DNA of 64,000 nt from Acidobacteriota bacterium. GTDB lineage: Bacteria; Acidobacteriota; UBA890; WLXD01. The notes below the pieces were generated by a model. It was given only the letters and a program-made list of their open reading frames with translations. It was not told the origin of the DNA and did no database searches. The stretch is from contig CAXWPH010000002.1 of the NCBI GenBank assembly GCA_963666055.2, forward strand, positions 1 through 64,000, given 5' to 3'. The position numbers and the translations under genes were made by a program. Positions 46,547 to 55,328 of this stretch are shown here, piece after piece. Numbering within the stretch: position 1 is the stretch's first letter; every line of letters begins with the position of its first letter.

Positions 46547-47620
46547 CTACGCCTTGCCGGCCACGGCGGTCGCCTGCAGGCGCTCAAGGACTGCGGACCC
46601 CGCTATCGCGGTGTCGATCGCCCCCGTGGAGTCTAGGTCGCGCGGCAGGAACCCATCGTGCAGCGCGGCGTCGACCGCCGCCTCTACAGCGGCCGCCTCC
46701 GCCTGGAGGCCAAGCGAGTGTCGCAGGAGCATCGCCACGCTGAGGATGGCTGCATACGGATTGGCAACCCCCTGCCCAGCGATATCGGGTGCCGACCCAT
46801 GTACCGGCTCGTAGAGGCCACGCTGGCCGATCCCCAGGGACGCGGATGGGAGCATGCCCAGCGATCCAACCAGTACGGCCGCCTCGTCCGACAGAATGTC
46901 GCCGAACATGTTCTCGGTGACGATGATATCGAAGTCCGCCGGGCGGGTCACCAGGTGCATCGCCATGGAGTCGACCAGACCGTGCTCGAGGGTGATGTCG
47001 GGAAACTCGTCGGCAGCGATCGTGCTGGCCGTCTCCCGCCACAGCCGCGAGGTATCGAGTACGTTCGCCTTGTCGACAGAGGTTACGAGTTGCCGCCGCT
47101 CGCCGGCCATCTGACAGGCGATCCGGACCACCCTCGCGATCTCGGCACGGGTGTACACGCAGGTGTCGAATGCACGATCGGCGTCGCGGCCACGCTCACC
47201 GTAATAGAGGCCGCCGGTGAGCTCACGTACGATCATCAGGTCCACGCCGTGGAGGTATTCCGGGCGTATCGGGGAGGCGTCGGTCAGCGACTCGTGCGTA
47301 CGGATTGGTCGGAGGTTGACGAACAGCTCCAGCTCACTGCGCAGCCTGAGCAGCCCATTCTCGGGTCGCAGGTCCTGGCCGTCGAACCGCGGGTGGCCGA
47401 CGGCGCCCAACAGCACCGCGTCGGCGTCGCGACAGAGCTCGACCGTGGCTGCCGGAAGGGGGTCGTCAGCAGCATCGATCGCCTCACCGCCGATGGCGGC
47501 ACGCCGCACCTCGAACGTGTGGCCGTACAGCTCGCCGAGCTTCTCGAGCACACGGAGCGCCTGTTCACATACCTCGGGTCCGACGCCGTCGCCGCTCAGC
47601 ACGGCGATCAGCGATCTCAT
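46547..47620 (-). CDS. leuB: 3-isopropylmalate dehydrogenase
   Basis: GDGVGPEV, RELTGGLYYG, VDKANVL, ENMFGDILSD, EPVHGSAPDIAG. Confidence 0.96.
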   Translation of the reverse strand: MRSLIAVLSGDGVGPEVCEQALRVLEKLGELYGHTFEVRRAAIGGEAIDAADDPLPAATVELCRDADAVLLGAVGHPRFDGQDLRPENGLLRLRSELELFVNLRPIRTHESLTDASPIRPEYLHGVDLMIVRELTGGLYYGERGRDADRAFDTCVYTRAEIARVVRIACQMAGERRQLVTSVDKANVLDTSRLWRETASTIAADEFPDITLEHGLVDSMAMHLVTRPADFDIIVTENMFGDILSDEAAVLVGSLGMLPSASLGIGQRGLYEPVHGSAPDIAGQGVANPYAAILSVAMLLRHSLGLQAEAAAVEAAVDAALHDGFLPRDLDSTGAIDTAIAGSAVLERLQATAVAGKA

Positions 47621-48207
47621 GGCCGTGGCTCGAGACGGCGCTCGAATGCAGCGATTGCGTCCTCCTTGGAGCGCAGGAATCCGAGCTCGTCGGTTCCCTC
47701 CAGTAGACAGCGGCGCGCGAACGGATCGATCTCGAAGGTTACCGACGTACCTCCCGGCAGGTCGACGCGACGCTCCACGAGGTCGATGGTGACGGTGCCG
47801 AACCCAGCTTCCAGCAACTGCCCCAAGCTTTCGGCGGCAACATCGATTGCCAGCAGCCTGTTCTTGAGCGCGTTGGCGCGGAAGATGTCGGCGATGCTTG
47901 TGCTGATCACGGCACGGAACCCGTTGTCCACCAGGGCCCACGGAGCGTGTTCACGTGACGAGCCGCAACCGAAGTTCTCGCCTGCCACAAGTACCTGAGC
48001 TCCGCGCGCATCGTCGTGATTGAGTGGAAAGTCGGCGCGCTGGTTCCCCTGCTCGTCGACGCGCCAGTCAGCGAACAAACCCTCGGCTAGGCCGCTACGA
48101 TCCGTCACCGTCAGGTAGCGGGCGGGAATAATCCGATCGGTGTCTATGTCCTGCATCGGCAACGCGACAAACGGCGATGTCACTACGGTGAACGGCTCGA
48201 AGCTCAT
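47617..48207 (-). CDS. leuD: 3-isopropylmalate dehydratase small subunit
   Basis: [28 protein letters not shown]. Confidence 0.96.
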   Translation of the reverse strand: MSFEPFTVVTSPFVALPMQDIDTDRIIPARYLTVTDRSGLAEGLFADWRVDEQGNQRADFPLNHDDARGAQVLVAGENFGCGSSREHAPWALVDNGFRAVISTSIADIFRANALKNRLLAIDVAAESLGQLLEAGFGTVTIDLVERRVDLPGGTSVTFEIDPFARRCLLEGTDELGFLRSKEDAIAAFERRLEPRP

Positions 48208-49601
48208 GCCAGCAACTCCCGGGGGTCGGCCACGCAGCCCGCCACGGCGCTGGCTGCGGCGGTTAGCGGGCTTGCCAGGAACGTGCGCCCGCCGCGCCCC
48301 TGTCGGCCCTCGAAGTTCCGGTTGCTGGTGCTTACGCAATACTGTCCTGCCTCGAGCGCGTCGCCGTTCATGGCGATGCACATGGAGCAGCCGGAATCTC
48401 TCCACTCGGCGCCAGCCTCTCGAAACACTCGATCGAGGCCCTCGGATTCAGCCTGTCGCTTGACTGCCGCCGATCCCGGCACGACCACCATACGCACACC
48501 GTCAGCGACGCGTCTGGTTTTCAAGATGCTTGCCGCCGCCCGCAGGTCCGAGATGCGGGAGTTTGTGCAACTGCCAACGAACACTACGTCGATCGGATGA
48601 TCGAGCAGCGGTACCCCTGGCTCGAGCCCCATGTAGCTCAGGGCGCGCTCAATTGCCGCATCGCCGTTGGGCGCTGGCACCTCACCGTGCAACGGGATGC
48701 TCATGCCAGGATTGGTGCCGTAGGTGACCATTGGTTCGATCTCGGCCGCGGGCATCGAAACCTCGCGGTCGAATACCGCGTCGGCGTCGCTGTGGAGCTC
48801 CCGCCATCGCGCCACGGTTGCGTCCCAGTCGTCGGCGCTCGGCGCGTGAGGGCGGCCGGCGAGGTACTCGAACGTGGTCTCGTCGGGAGCGATCAAGCCG
48901 GCACGGGCACCAGCTTCGATGGACATGTTGCAGACCGTCATGCGACCCTCCATCGATAGCCTGCGCACTGCATCGCCGACGTACTCGATCACGTGCTCGG
49001 TCGCCCCGCCGACGCCGATCTGTTGGATCAGCGCCAGCACCAGATCCTTGGCCGTTACTCCCTTTTGCAGGCTCCCTTCGACCCGCACGCGCATGGTCTT
49101 CGACTTGCGTTGCAGTAGGCATTGCGTGGCTAGCACATGGGCTACCTGGCTAGTGCCGATACCGAACGCCAGAGCGCCGAAAGCACCGTGGGTGCTGGTG
49201 TGGCTATCGCCACAAACGATGGTCATACCGGGCTGCGTGAGCCCCAGTTCCGGGCCTATGACGTGAACGATGCCCTGCTCCGGGGCACCGAGCTCATACA
49301 GCCGGATCTGGTGCTCGCCACAGTTGCTCGCCAGGCACTCGACCTGGATCCGCGCCTGGTCCGTTACATAGAGGAAATCGCCTGCATCGTCGCGCCGCGT
49401 GGGGGTGGAATGATCCATCGTGGCGACGGTCAGATCCGGTCGGCGCACCGCAAGGCCGTCGGAGCGCAGACGGTCGAACGCCTGCGGCGAGGTGACCTCG
49501 TGGATCAAGTGAAGGTCGACGTAGAGCACCGCGGGCGTATCGGTGGATTCGGGTCGTACGAGGTGCGCGTCCCACAGCTTGTCGTACAGCGTCGACGGCA
49601 T
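48204..49601 (-). CDS. leuC: 3-isopropylmalate dehydratase large subunit
   Basis: [48 protein letters not shown]; alternative start at 49622. Confidence 0.96.
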   Translation of the reverse strand: MPSTLYDKLWDAHLVRPESTDTPAVLYVDLHLIHEVTSPQAFDRLRSDGLAVRRPDLTVATMDHSTPTRRDDAGDFLYVTDQARIQVECLASNCGEHQIRLYELGAPEQGIVHVIGPELGLTQPGMTIVCGDSHTSTHGAFGALAFGIGTSQVAHVLATQCLLQRKSKTMRVRVEGSLQKGVTAKDLVLALIQQIGVGGATEHVIEYVGDAVRRLSMEGRMTVCNMSIEAGARAGLIAPDETTFEYLAGRPHAPSADDWDATVARWRELHSDADAVFDREVSMPAAEIEPMVTYGTNPGMSIPLHGEVPAPNGDAAIERALSYMGLEPGVPLLDHPIDVVFVGSCTNSRISDLRAAASILKTRRVADGVRMVVVPGSAAVKRQAESEGLDRVFREAGAEWRDSGCSMCIAMNGDALEAGQYCVSTSNRNFEGRQGRGGRTFLASPLTAAASAVAGCVADPRELLA

Positions 49602-49605
49602 GGTG

Positions 49606-51192
49606 TCAGCGCGCGTCGGCATGTTTGCGTGAGCGCCGCGGCTCCGCGACCTCTTTGGGCGTCGGTGTGGCCAACTGCGGCACCTCGTCGGCAAGGACCT
49701 GGTTGACCAGGCTCATGTAGGCGTCTGCACTGGCCTCGATGACGTCGGTGCTCACCGCACGGGCACGATATAGGCGACCGTCGCGCATGGTCTCGATCGT
49801 GACCTCGCCCTGGGCGTCCTTTCCCCGGGTGACGCTCTGAACGTTGTAGTCGTGCAGCTCGACACGCACCCCAGTAGCGCGGTCCATCGCCTTGAAAAGT
49901 GAATCCACCGGCCCGTCGCCGCACGCTGCTTCCTGCCGCTCCTCGCCGTCTCGGTGCTCGATTCTGACTTCCGCCACGTGCTGAATGCCCTTGCCGGCGA
50001 TGGTCTGGAAGCCGACGATGCTCCAGACTTGCGGCGTATCCTGTAGGCAGTCGTCGATCAGCGCCCGAATGTCGGCGTCGTACACGGTGCGCTTCACGTC
50101 GGCCAGCTTCTTGAACTCGGCGAACACCTCCACGAGCTGATCCTCGTCGAGCTCGAAACCCATCTTCTCGACGTGACTGCGGAAGGCGTGGCGACCGCTG
50201 TGCTTGCCCAGCACGAGGTTGCTCGCACCTACCCCAACATCCTCGGGGCGCATGATCTCGTAGGTCGAGTGGTGCATCAGCATGCCGTGCTGGTGGATGC
50301 CGGCTTCATGAGCGAACGCGTTATCGCCCACGATCGCCTTGTTACGCTGCACCGCCAGGCCGGTAATATTCGAGAGCAGCTGACTCGTGGGGTACAGTTT
50401 GGTGGCGTCGATGGCAGTATCGAGCTCAAAGAAGTCGCTGCGCGTGCGGAGCGCCATCACGACCTCCTCTAGCGAGCAATTGCCAGCCCGCTCGCCGATA
50501 CCGTTGATGGTGCATTCCACCTGCCGGGCGCCGGCGCTGAGCGCCGCGACCGTGTTGGCTACCGCGAGCCCGAGATCGTCGTGGCAATGAACGCTCAACA
50601 CCGCGTCGGCGAGCTCCTCGACCCGCTCTCGCAACCCAGCAATGCGTTCAGCGAACTCGCTCGGTACCGCGTAGCCGACGGTGTCAGGGATATTGATCGT
50701 CGTAGCGCCGGCCTGAAGCGCGCAGCGTACGACCTCATCGAGAAAGTCGGGCTCGGTTCGTGAGGCGTCCTCGGGAGAAAATTCTACGTCGTCGCAAAGG
50801 CTCCGGGCGAGCTCAACCGATTCCGCCGTGCGCCGCAGGATCTCTTCCTTGGCCATCTTGAGCTTGTGCTCTCGGTGGATCGCGCTGGTGGCCAAGAAGA
50901 CGTGCAATCGAGGACGGCCCGACTCTTTCACCGCCTCCCAGGCGCGTTCGATGTCCTTGCTGTTACAGCGTGCGAGCCCGGCGATTATCGGTCCGTCGAT
51001 GTTGCGCGCCACGGCGCGCACTGCTTCGAAGTCGCCCGGCGAGGCGATCGGGAAACCCGCCTCGATGATGTCGACACCGAGGTCGGCCAGCGCCTCCGCC
51101 ATGCGCAGCTTTTCGGGGATATTCATGCTCGCGCCGGGAGACTGCTCTCCGTCGCGCAGCGTTGTGTCGAAGATCAGAACGCGACCGCTCAT
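49606..51192 (-). CDS. leuA: 2-isopropylmalate synthase
   Basis: [39 protein letters not shown], regulatory domain GDGPVD. Confidence 0.96.
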   Translation of the reverse strand: MSGRVLIFDTTLRDGEQSPGASMNIPEKLRMAEALADLGVDIIEAGFPIASPGDFEAVRAVARNIDGPIIAGLARCNSKDIERAWEAVKESGRPRLHVFLATSAIHREHKLKMAKEEILRRTAESVELARSLCDDVEFSPEDASRTEPDFLDEVVRCALQAGATTINIPDTVGYAVPSEFAERIAGLRERVEELADAVLSVHCHDDLGLAVANTVAALSAGARQVECTINGIGERAGNCSLEEVVMALRTRSDFFELDTAIDATKLYPTSQLLSNITGLAVQRNKAIVGDNAFAHEAGIHQHGMLMHHSTYEIMRPEDVGVGASNLVLGKHSGRHAFRSHVEKMGFELDEDQLVEVFAEFKKLADVKRTVYDADIRALIDDCLQDTPQVWSIVGFQTIAGKGIQHVAEVRIEHRDGEERQEAACGDGPVDSLFKAMDRATGVRVELHDYNVQSVTRGKDAQGEVTIETMRDGRLYRARAVSTDVIEASADAYMSLVNQVLADEVPQLATPTPKEVAEPRRSRKHADAR

Positions 51193-51253
51193 GGTGTTTC
51201 CTCACATCGGAGGTCGACTATTTCGGGGTATGAGATCGAGATCATTTGGGCAC

Positions 51254-51286
51254 AAGAAAAGCCCCGCCCTGACTCAGGGACGGGGC
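51254..51286 (-). terminator. Attenuator terminator of the leu operon
   Basis: Minus strand GCCCCGTCCCTGAGTCAGGGCGGGGC hairpin followed by TTTTCTT. Confidence 0.85.
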
Positions 51287-51302
51287 GTCGATCGTACGCT
51301 GG

Positions 51303-51395
51303 CTAAGTGGATCGAGCGCCCCTCCCCAGAAGGAGGAGCGGGCTAAGAGCGAGAGCATCCCGGCTGTTGCCGTGGCTCGGAAACATGTCGTGCAT
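51303..51395 (-). CDS. leu leader peptide (30 aa)
   Basis: MHDMFPSHGNSRDALALSPLLLLGRGARST; four tandem Leu codons just upstream of the terminator. Confidence 0.8.
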   Translation of the reverse strand: MHDMFPSHGNSRDALALSPLLLLGRGARST

Positions 51396-51473
51396 GGCTT
51401 CGATCCGCCAGTTGTCATGCCGGTGGGCGCTGCGTCAGGGTCGGCGCTCGCGCGGCAGTCTGTCAGGCTGCGA

Positions 51474-51503
51474 AGTATGGTGTGCGGCGGGTGGTTGAGT
51501 CAA
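51474..51503 (-). promoter_or_regulatory. Putative leu promoter TTGACT-N18-CATACT
   Basis: AGTCAA at 51498-51503 and AGTATG at 51474-51479 on the + strand. Confidence 0.45.
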
Positions 51504-51565
51504 CACGCCGCCATCCCACGTTCGCCGGCCGACCGATCCGGATGCTGGACAGAGCGATCCCGCCA

Positions 51566-53650
51566 TCACTCGACGGTAGCTTCATCTGCGTCGTCGTCGG
51601 GAGCCTTGGGGGCTGAGAACAGACCGGCCGCCAGCCGCTGGAAGCCCTCCACGGTAAGCGACTGGGCGCCATCGCTGAGAGCCTCGTCGGGTCGCGGATG
51701 CATCTCCACCATCACGCCTTGCGCTCCCGCCGCCAGCGCTGCCCGCGCCAAAGGTGCCACCCAGCGGCGCACACCAGCAGCGTGCGACGGGTCAACGATT
51801 ACCGGTAGGTGGGTGCGCTCACGTACCACCGGGATTGCCGTGAGGTCGAGCGTCCCGCGGGTCGCCGTCTCGAAAGTGCGGATGCCACGCTCGCACAGGA
51901 TCACATCCTGGTTGCCCTGCGCCAGGATGTACTCGGCGGCGGCGATCCACTCGTCGATCGACGACATCATGCCGCGCTTCAGCAAGACCGGACGCTGCGT
52001 CAGCCCGACCTCGCGCAGTAGTGCGAAGTTCTGCATGTTGCGAGCTCCGACTTGCAGCACGTCGGCATGCTCCGCGACGCGCTGGACGTCGGACGTGTGG
52101 AGCACCTCGGTGACGATCGGAAGACCGTACTCCCGTCCTGCCTCCACGAGTAGATCAAGGCCGTCGTAGCCGAGCCCCTGGAAGGAGTACGGGGATGTGC
52201 GAGGCTTGAAGCAGCCGCCGCGGAGCATCGCCCCGCCGGCCTGGCGTACGGCTGCGGCGCAGGCGTGGATCTGCTCGCGGGATTCGACTGAGCAGGGACC
52301 CCCGATCAGTATCGGCTCCGGGCCGCCGACCGCCACGTCGCCGATTCGCACCACGGTGTCTTCGGCGCGCGTCGATCTGGAAGCGAGCCTGTAGGGCTTT
52401 TTCTCCAGCTGCGCTATGAGCATCGCTTGCTCGTCGTCGACCGATGGTTCGACCGCTGTTTCAATAACCGGTTTGGCAGTTATGGGTACGTTGAGCTTGG
52501 TACTTTCCGTCAGGGCGGCATGCGTAGGGTACGAGCCGAGTACCTTCAGGAAACGCGTTCGTGCCGCCACCGCGGTGAGCGCGCTCTGCACGTTGTCGTC
52601 AGCGACGTTGCCCTCGAAGTCCAAGTAAAAGAGGTACTCCCACGGCGCCCGTCGCCGTGGCCTCGACTCGAGTTTGGTGAGGTTGAGGTCATGATCGGCA
52701 AGCACCTGCAAGCACGCCGCAAGCGCGCCGTGCTCGTGTCGTGTGGCCAGCATCAGCGATGTCTTGCACGGGATGCGCGGATCGCACTTCAGCGGCTCGC
52801 GTGCCACCACCAGGAAACGCGTGTAGTTCTCGGCCACGTTGGCGAGGTCGCGGCGGATCACCGTCAGCCCGTGCAGTCGCGCCGCCTCCTCGCTTGCGAT
52901 CGCCGCCTGCGACAGATCGCGCTCCCGAACGATGCGCTCGACCGCCATCGCGGTGTCGGTGTACGACTCCGCCTGACACCTCGGCAACGAGTCGATGAAC
53001 TCACTGCACTGGGCCAGCGCCTGCGGGTGCGAAACGATACGGCGAATGCTCTCGATGGGTACCGATTCGATCGCTACGAGGCAGTGCTCTATACGTAGGA
53101 CCTCTTCTCCCACCGCCGACAGTATTGAGCTCCCAAGCAGATCATAGGCTTCGTTGACCGAGCCCGCGGTGCTGTTTTCGACCGGCAAGATGGCGTAGCG
53201 GGCGCGCCCTTCTTGCACCGCTTGCAGCGTTTCCCGGAAAGAGGGGAAACCGATGAACTGGACCTCGCCCGGTCGTTCTGCGAAGTAGCGCTTGCCGGCG
53301 ATCTGACTGTAGGCACCGGCGCTACCCTGGTAGCTAACATACAGCGTCTCGCCGCGCGTTTCCGGGTCCGACAGCTCGACGAGATGTGATGTCTGGTGGC
53401 GCACCGACTGCTCCAGAATGCGGTGGAATATGGCCGTGACGTATCCGGGGTCGAGCCCCTGCCGGGCGCCCTCCTCGGTGAGCGCGCCCAACAGGAGCCG
53501 TTCACGTTCGGGGTCGCGAGGTGATGCCCCGGTGGCTGCCTTGGACGCAGCAGCCTCGGCGACCATCCGTTGGCGCTCGGCGAGCGCGCTCACCAGACGC
53601 CGGTCGATCTTGTCGAGCTCGCCTCGTATGCGTTCCAGGTCGGTTCCCAT
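51566..53650 (-). CDS. Trifunctional chorismate mutase / prephenate dehydratase(+ACT) / class I-beta DAHP synthase
   Basis: AroQ (LERIRGELDKIDRRLV..L.ER, RDPERE); PDT (YQGSAGAYS, PVENS, SHPQALAQC, NYTRF, LTKLESRP); DAHPS (GPCSVE, FKPRTSPYSFQG, GARNMQN, LKRG, CERGIRTF, DPSH, SDGAQSL). Confidence 0.92.
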   Translation of the reverse strand: MGTDLERIRGELDKIDRRLVSALAERQRMVAEAAASKAATGASPRDPERERLLLGALTEEGARQGLDPGYVTAIFHRILEQSVRHQTSHLVELSDPETRGETLYVSYQGSAGAYSQIAGKRYFAERPGEVQFIGFPSFRETLQAVQEGRARYAILPVENSTAGSVNEAYDLLGSSILSAVGEEVLRIEHCLVAIESVPIESIRRIVSHPQALAQCSEFIDSLPRCQAESYTDTAMAVERIVRERDLSQAAIASEEAARLHGLTVIRRDLANVAENYTRFLVVAREPLKCDPRIPCKTSLMLATRHEHGALAACLQVLADHDLNLTKLESRPRRRAPWEYLFYLDFEGNVADDNVQSALTAVAARTRFLKVLGSYPTHAALTESTKLNVPITAKPVIETAVEPSVDDEQAMLIAQLEKKPYRLASRSTRAEDTVVRIGDVAVGGPEPILIGGPCSVESREQIHACAAAVRQAGGAMLRGGCFKPRTSPYSFQGLGYDGLDLLVEAGREYGLPIVTEVLHTSDVQRVAEHADVLQVGARNMQNFALLREVGLTQRPVLLKRGMMSSIDEWIAAAEYILAQGNQDVILCERGIRTFETATRGTLDLTAIPVVRERTHLPVIVDPSHAAGVRRWVAPLARAALAAGAQGVMVEMHPRPDEALSDGAQSLTVEGFQRLAAGLFSAPKAPDDDADEATVE

Positions 53651-53682
53651 CTGGTTGCTCCTCGTTGCGGCTTTCAGGCCAC

Positions 53683-53712
53683 AAAAAAACCCGCCGGGCT
53701 GCCCCGGCGGGT
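53683..53712 (-). terminator. Attenuator terminator upstream of the CM-PDT-DAHPS gene
   Basis: Minus strand ACCCGCCGGG-GCAG-CCCGGCGGGT hairpin followed by a T run. Confidence 0.88.
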
Positions 53713-53734
53713 CGCGGCCGAGGATCGTTTTCGG

Positions 53735-53860
53735 CTACACGACCCGCAGGCTCCCGCGGGTAAACAAAAAGAACGCGCAGTCCTGAGTCAGCACGGCCGC
53801 GCTGACCGCTGTGCGGGTCGCGCGAGCATCGCGTGATTGTCTGGAGGCGTCGTTGAACAT
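53735..53860 (-). CDS. phe leader peptide (41 aa)
   Basis: MFNDASRQSRDARATRTAVSAAVLTQDCAFFLFTRGSLRVV; FFLF cluster upstream of the terminator. Confidence 0.78.
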   Translation of the reverse strand: MFNDASRQSRDARATRTAVSAAVLTQDCAFFLFTRGSLRVV

Positions 53861-54100
53861 GGCCTGACGATCCGCCATTGCGCCGGTCGCTGTCAAGGCC
53901 CCCGCCCTTCGGCCTCGAACCGAAGCTGCCAGGGCTGGTCAACGCGGCCGACTTGCACCGCTCCCTGACGTTCTCCAACATCTGGACATGGGCGATTCGA
54001 GTCTCGGCGGGAACCTTGCGGCCATCTGGATCAAGAGGTCCCAGCGCGGTCCGATGGACGCCGGCGAGACGGTGCCGTGTCGCTTGATGGACGAGGTGCC

Positions 54101-54769
54101 GTGATCCGGGCTGCCGTCTTCGATCTGGATGGCCTGTTGATCGACTCCGAGCCCTTCTGGCAGCAAGCCGAGGCCGAGGGCTTTGGCGCCGCCGGCCTGA
54201 GCCTGTCGCCAAGCGATCTGCGCCAGACGGTTGGCCGGCGTATCGACGAGGTGGTGGCCTATTGGCTCGAGCGGCGCCCGTGGGACGTCGAACGCCATCC
54301 TCCAGAGAGCGTGCAGGGCAGCATCGTCGAGCGCGTCATCGACCTCATCGAAACGCGTGGCGAGCCGATGCCTGGCGTGCTGTCGGCGGTGAGCCTCTTC
54401 GAAAGCCTCGATCTGCTTCTTGCCGTGGCCTCGTCGTCCTCCAGGCGCATTATCGAGGCCGTATTGGGCCGTTTACGAATGAATGATCGGTTCGCGGTAG
54501 TGCACTCGGCGGAGCTCGAGTCACGCGGCAAGCCCGACCCTGCCGTGTTCCTCACCGCGGCTCGCAAGCTCGGCGTCTCGCCAGGGGAGTGCGTGGCGCT
54601 GGAGGACTCGATAATAGGCCTGCGCGCCGCTCGCGCTGCCGGCATGCGCTGCATCATGGTGCCCGATCCACGCCTTCGCGATGATCCGGCGCTCGGACAA
54701 GCCGACCTGGTGCTCGATACGCTGGCCCAGCTCGACGCCGAAATGCTACGCCGCGCCGTCGACGTCTAG
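54101..54769 (+). CDS. HAD-superfamily phosphatase (HxpB/YniC-like)
   Basis: FDLDGLLIDSE, AVASSS, GKPDPAVF, LEDS. Confidence 0.9.
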   Translation: MIRAAVFDLDGLLIDSEPFWQQAEAEGFGAAGLSLSPSDLRQTVGRRIDEVVAYWLERRPWDVERHPPESVQGSIVERVIDLIETRGEPMPGVLSAVSLFESLDLLLAVASSSSRRIIEAVLGRLRMNDRFAVVHSAELESRGKPDPAVFLTAARKLGVSPGECVALEDSIIGLRAARAAGMRCIMVPDPRLRDDPALGQADLVLDTLAQLDAEMLRRAVDV

Positions 54770-55040
54770 CAGGCCGTGGTGGAAGTGTGGCGGGCCTGGC
54801 GACAGGGTCTTGCGAGGAGGAGGCAAGGAGAGAGGAGGAGGCGATGGCTACCCCATCGTTGACGAGGAACGACGCAGCATAGGCGCGCAACCCCCTATCG
54901 CCCGGAGGGTTACGGCGATTTGGGGTCATCTGCGACGTTGGCCCTTCTGGACGATGGCTGGAGCATTGCCGGCGTCAGGCCGCCTTCCATCTGACCCCAA
55001 CTCGCCGCAACCAGGCCCGCTACACTTCCACCACGGCCTG
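54770..55040. mobile_element. 271-bp non-autonomous MITE/REP-like element, copy A
   Basis: 30-bp TIRs (29/30) CAGGCCGTGGTGGAAGTGTGGCGGGCCTGG; flanked by CTAG (54766-54769) and CTCTAG; similar over its full length to 62009-62279 in inverted orientation. Confidence 0.85.
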
Positions 55041-55142
55041 CTCTAGCAGATCTTCAGCACCCCGCTGCCGGGTCGCGCTGCCGTCTGCGCTCGCTTCATT
55101 GATTCAACAGTCTGGCAACGGCAGGGAGGACGTGTCGACGCT

Positions 55143-55328
55143 ACTTCCGCAAGGCCGATCACGGGATTGCGTCAGCTACTACTTCCGCGCCGCCACACGT
55201 ACTCGTATGATCGCCGGAGCGAGGGGGTGAGCATGCGCTTCGAGCTCCAGGCCGGTCGGTGGATACGACCTGTGCTCGAGGAGCCTGACCGGTTCGTCGA
55301 AGAGATCAGCCGGCGCGTTTCGTCGTGA
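55143..55328 (+). pseudogene. Possible 3' remnant of a gene upstream of the DUF3592-like gene
   Basis: Open frame ending ...VLEEPDRFVEEISRRVSS with its TGA overlapping the next GTG; no clear start. Confidence 0.3.

Noticed and set aside
53900-54076. PAS-like fragment (DPDGRKVPAETRI) on the minus strand
   Set aside because: Too short and unsupported by a start or other motifs.
55140-55188. Short direct repeat CTACTTCCGC (twice)
   Set aside because: Only two copies of 10 bp in a probable gene remnant; compatible with chance.
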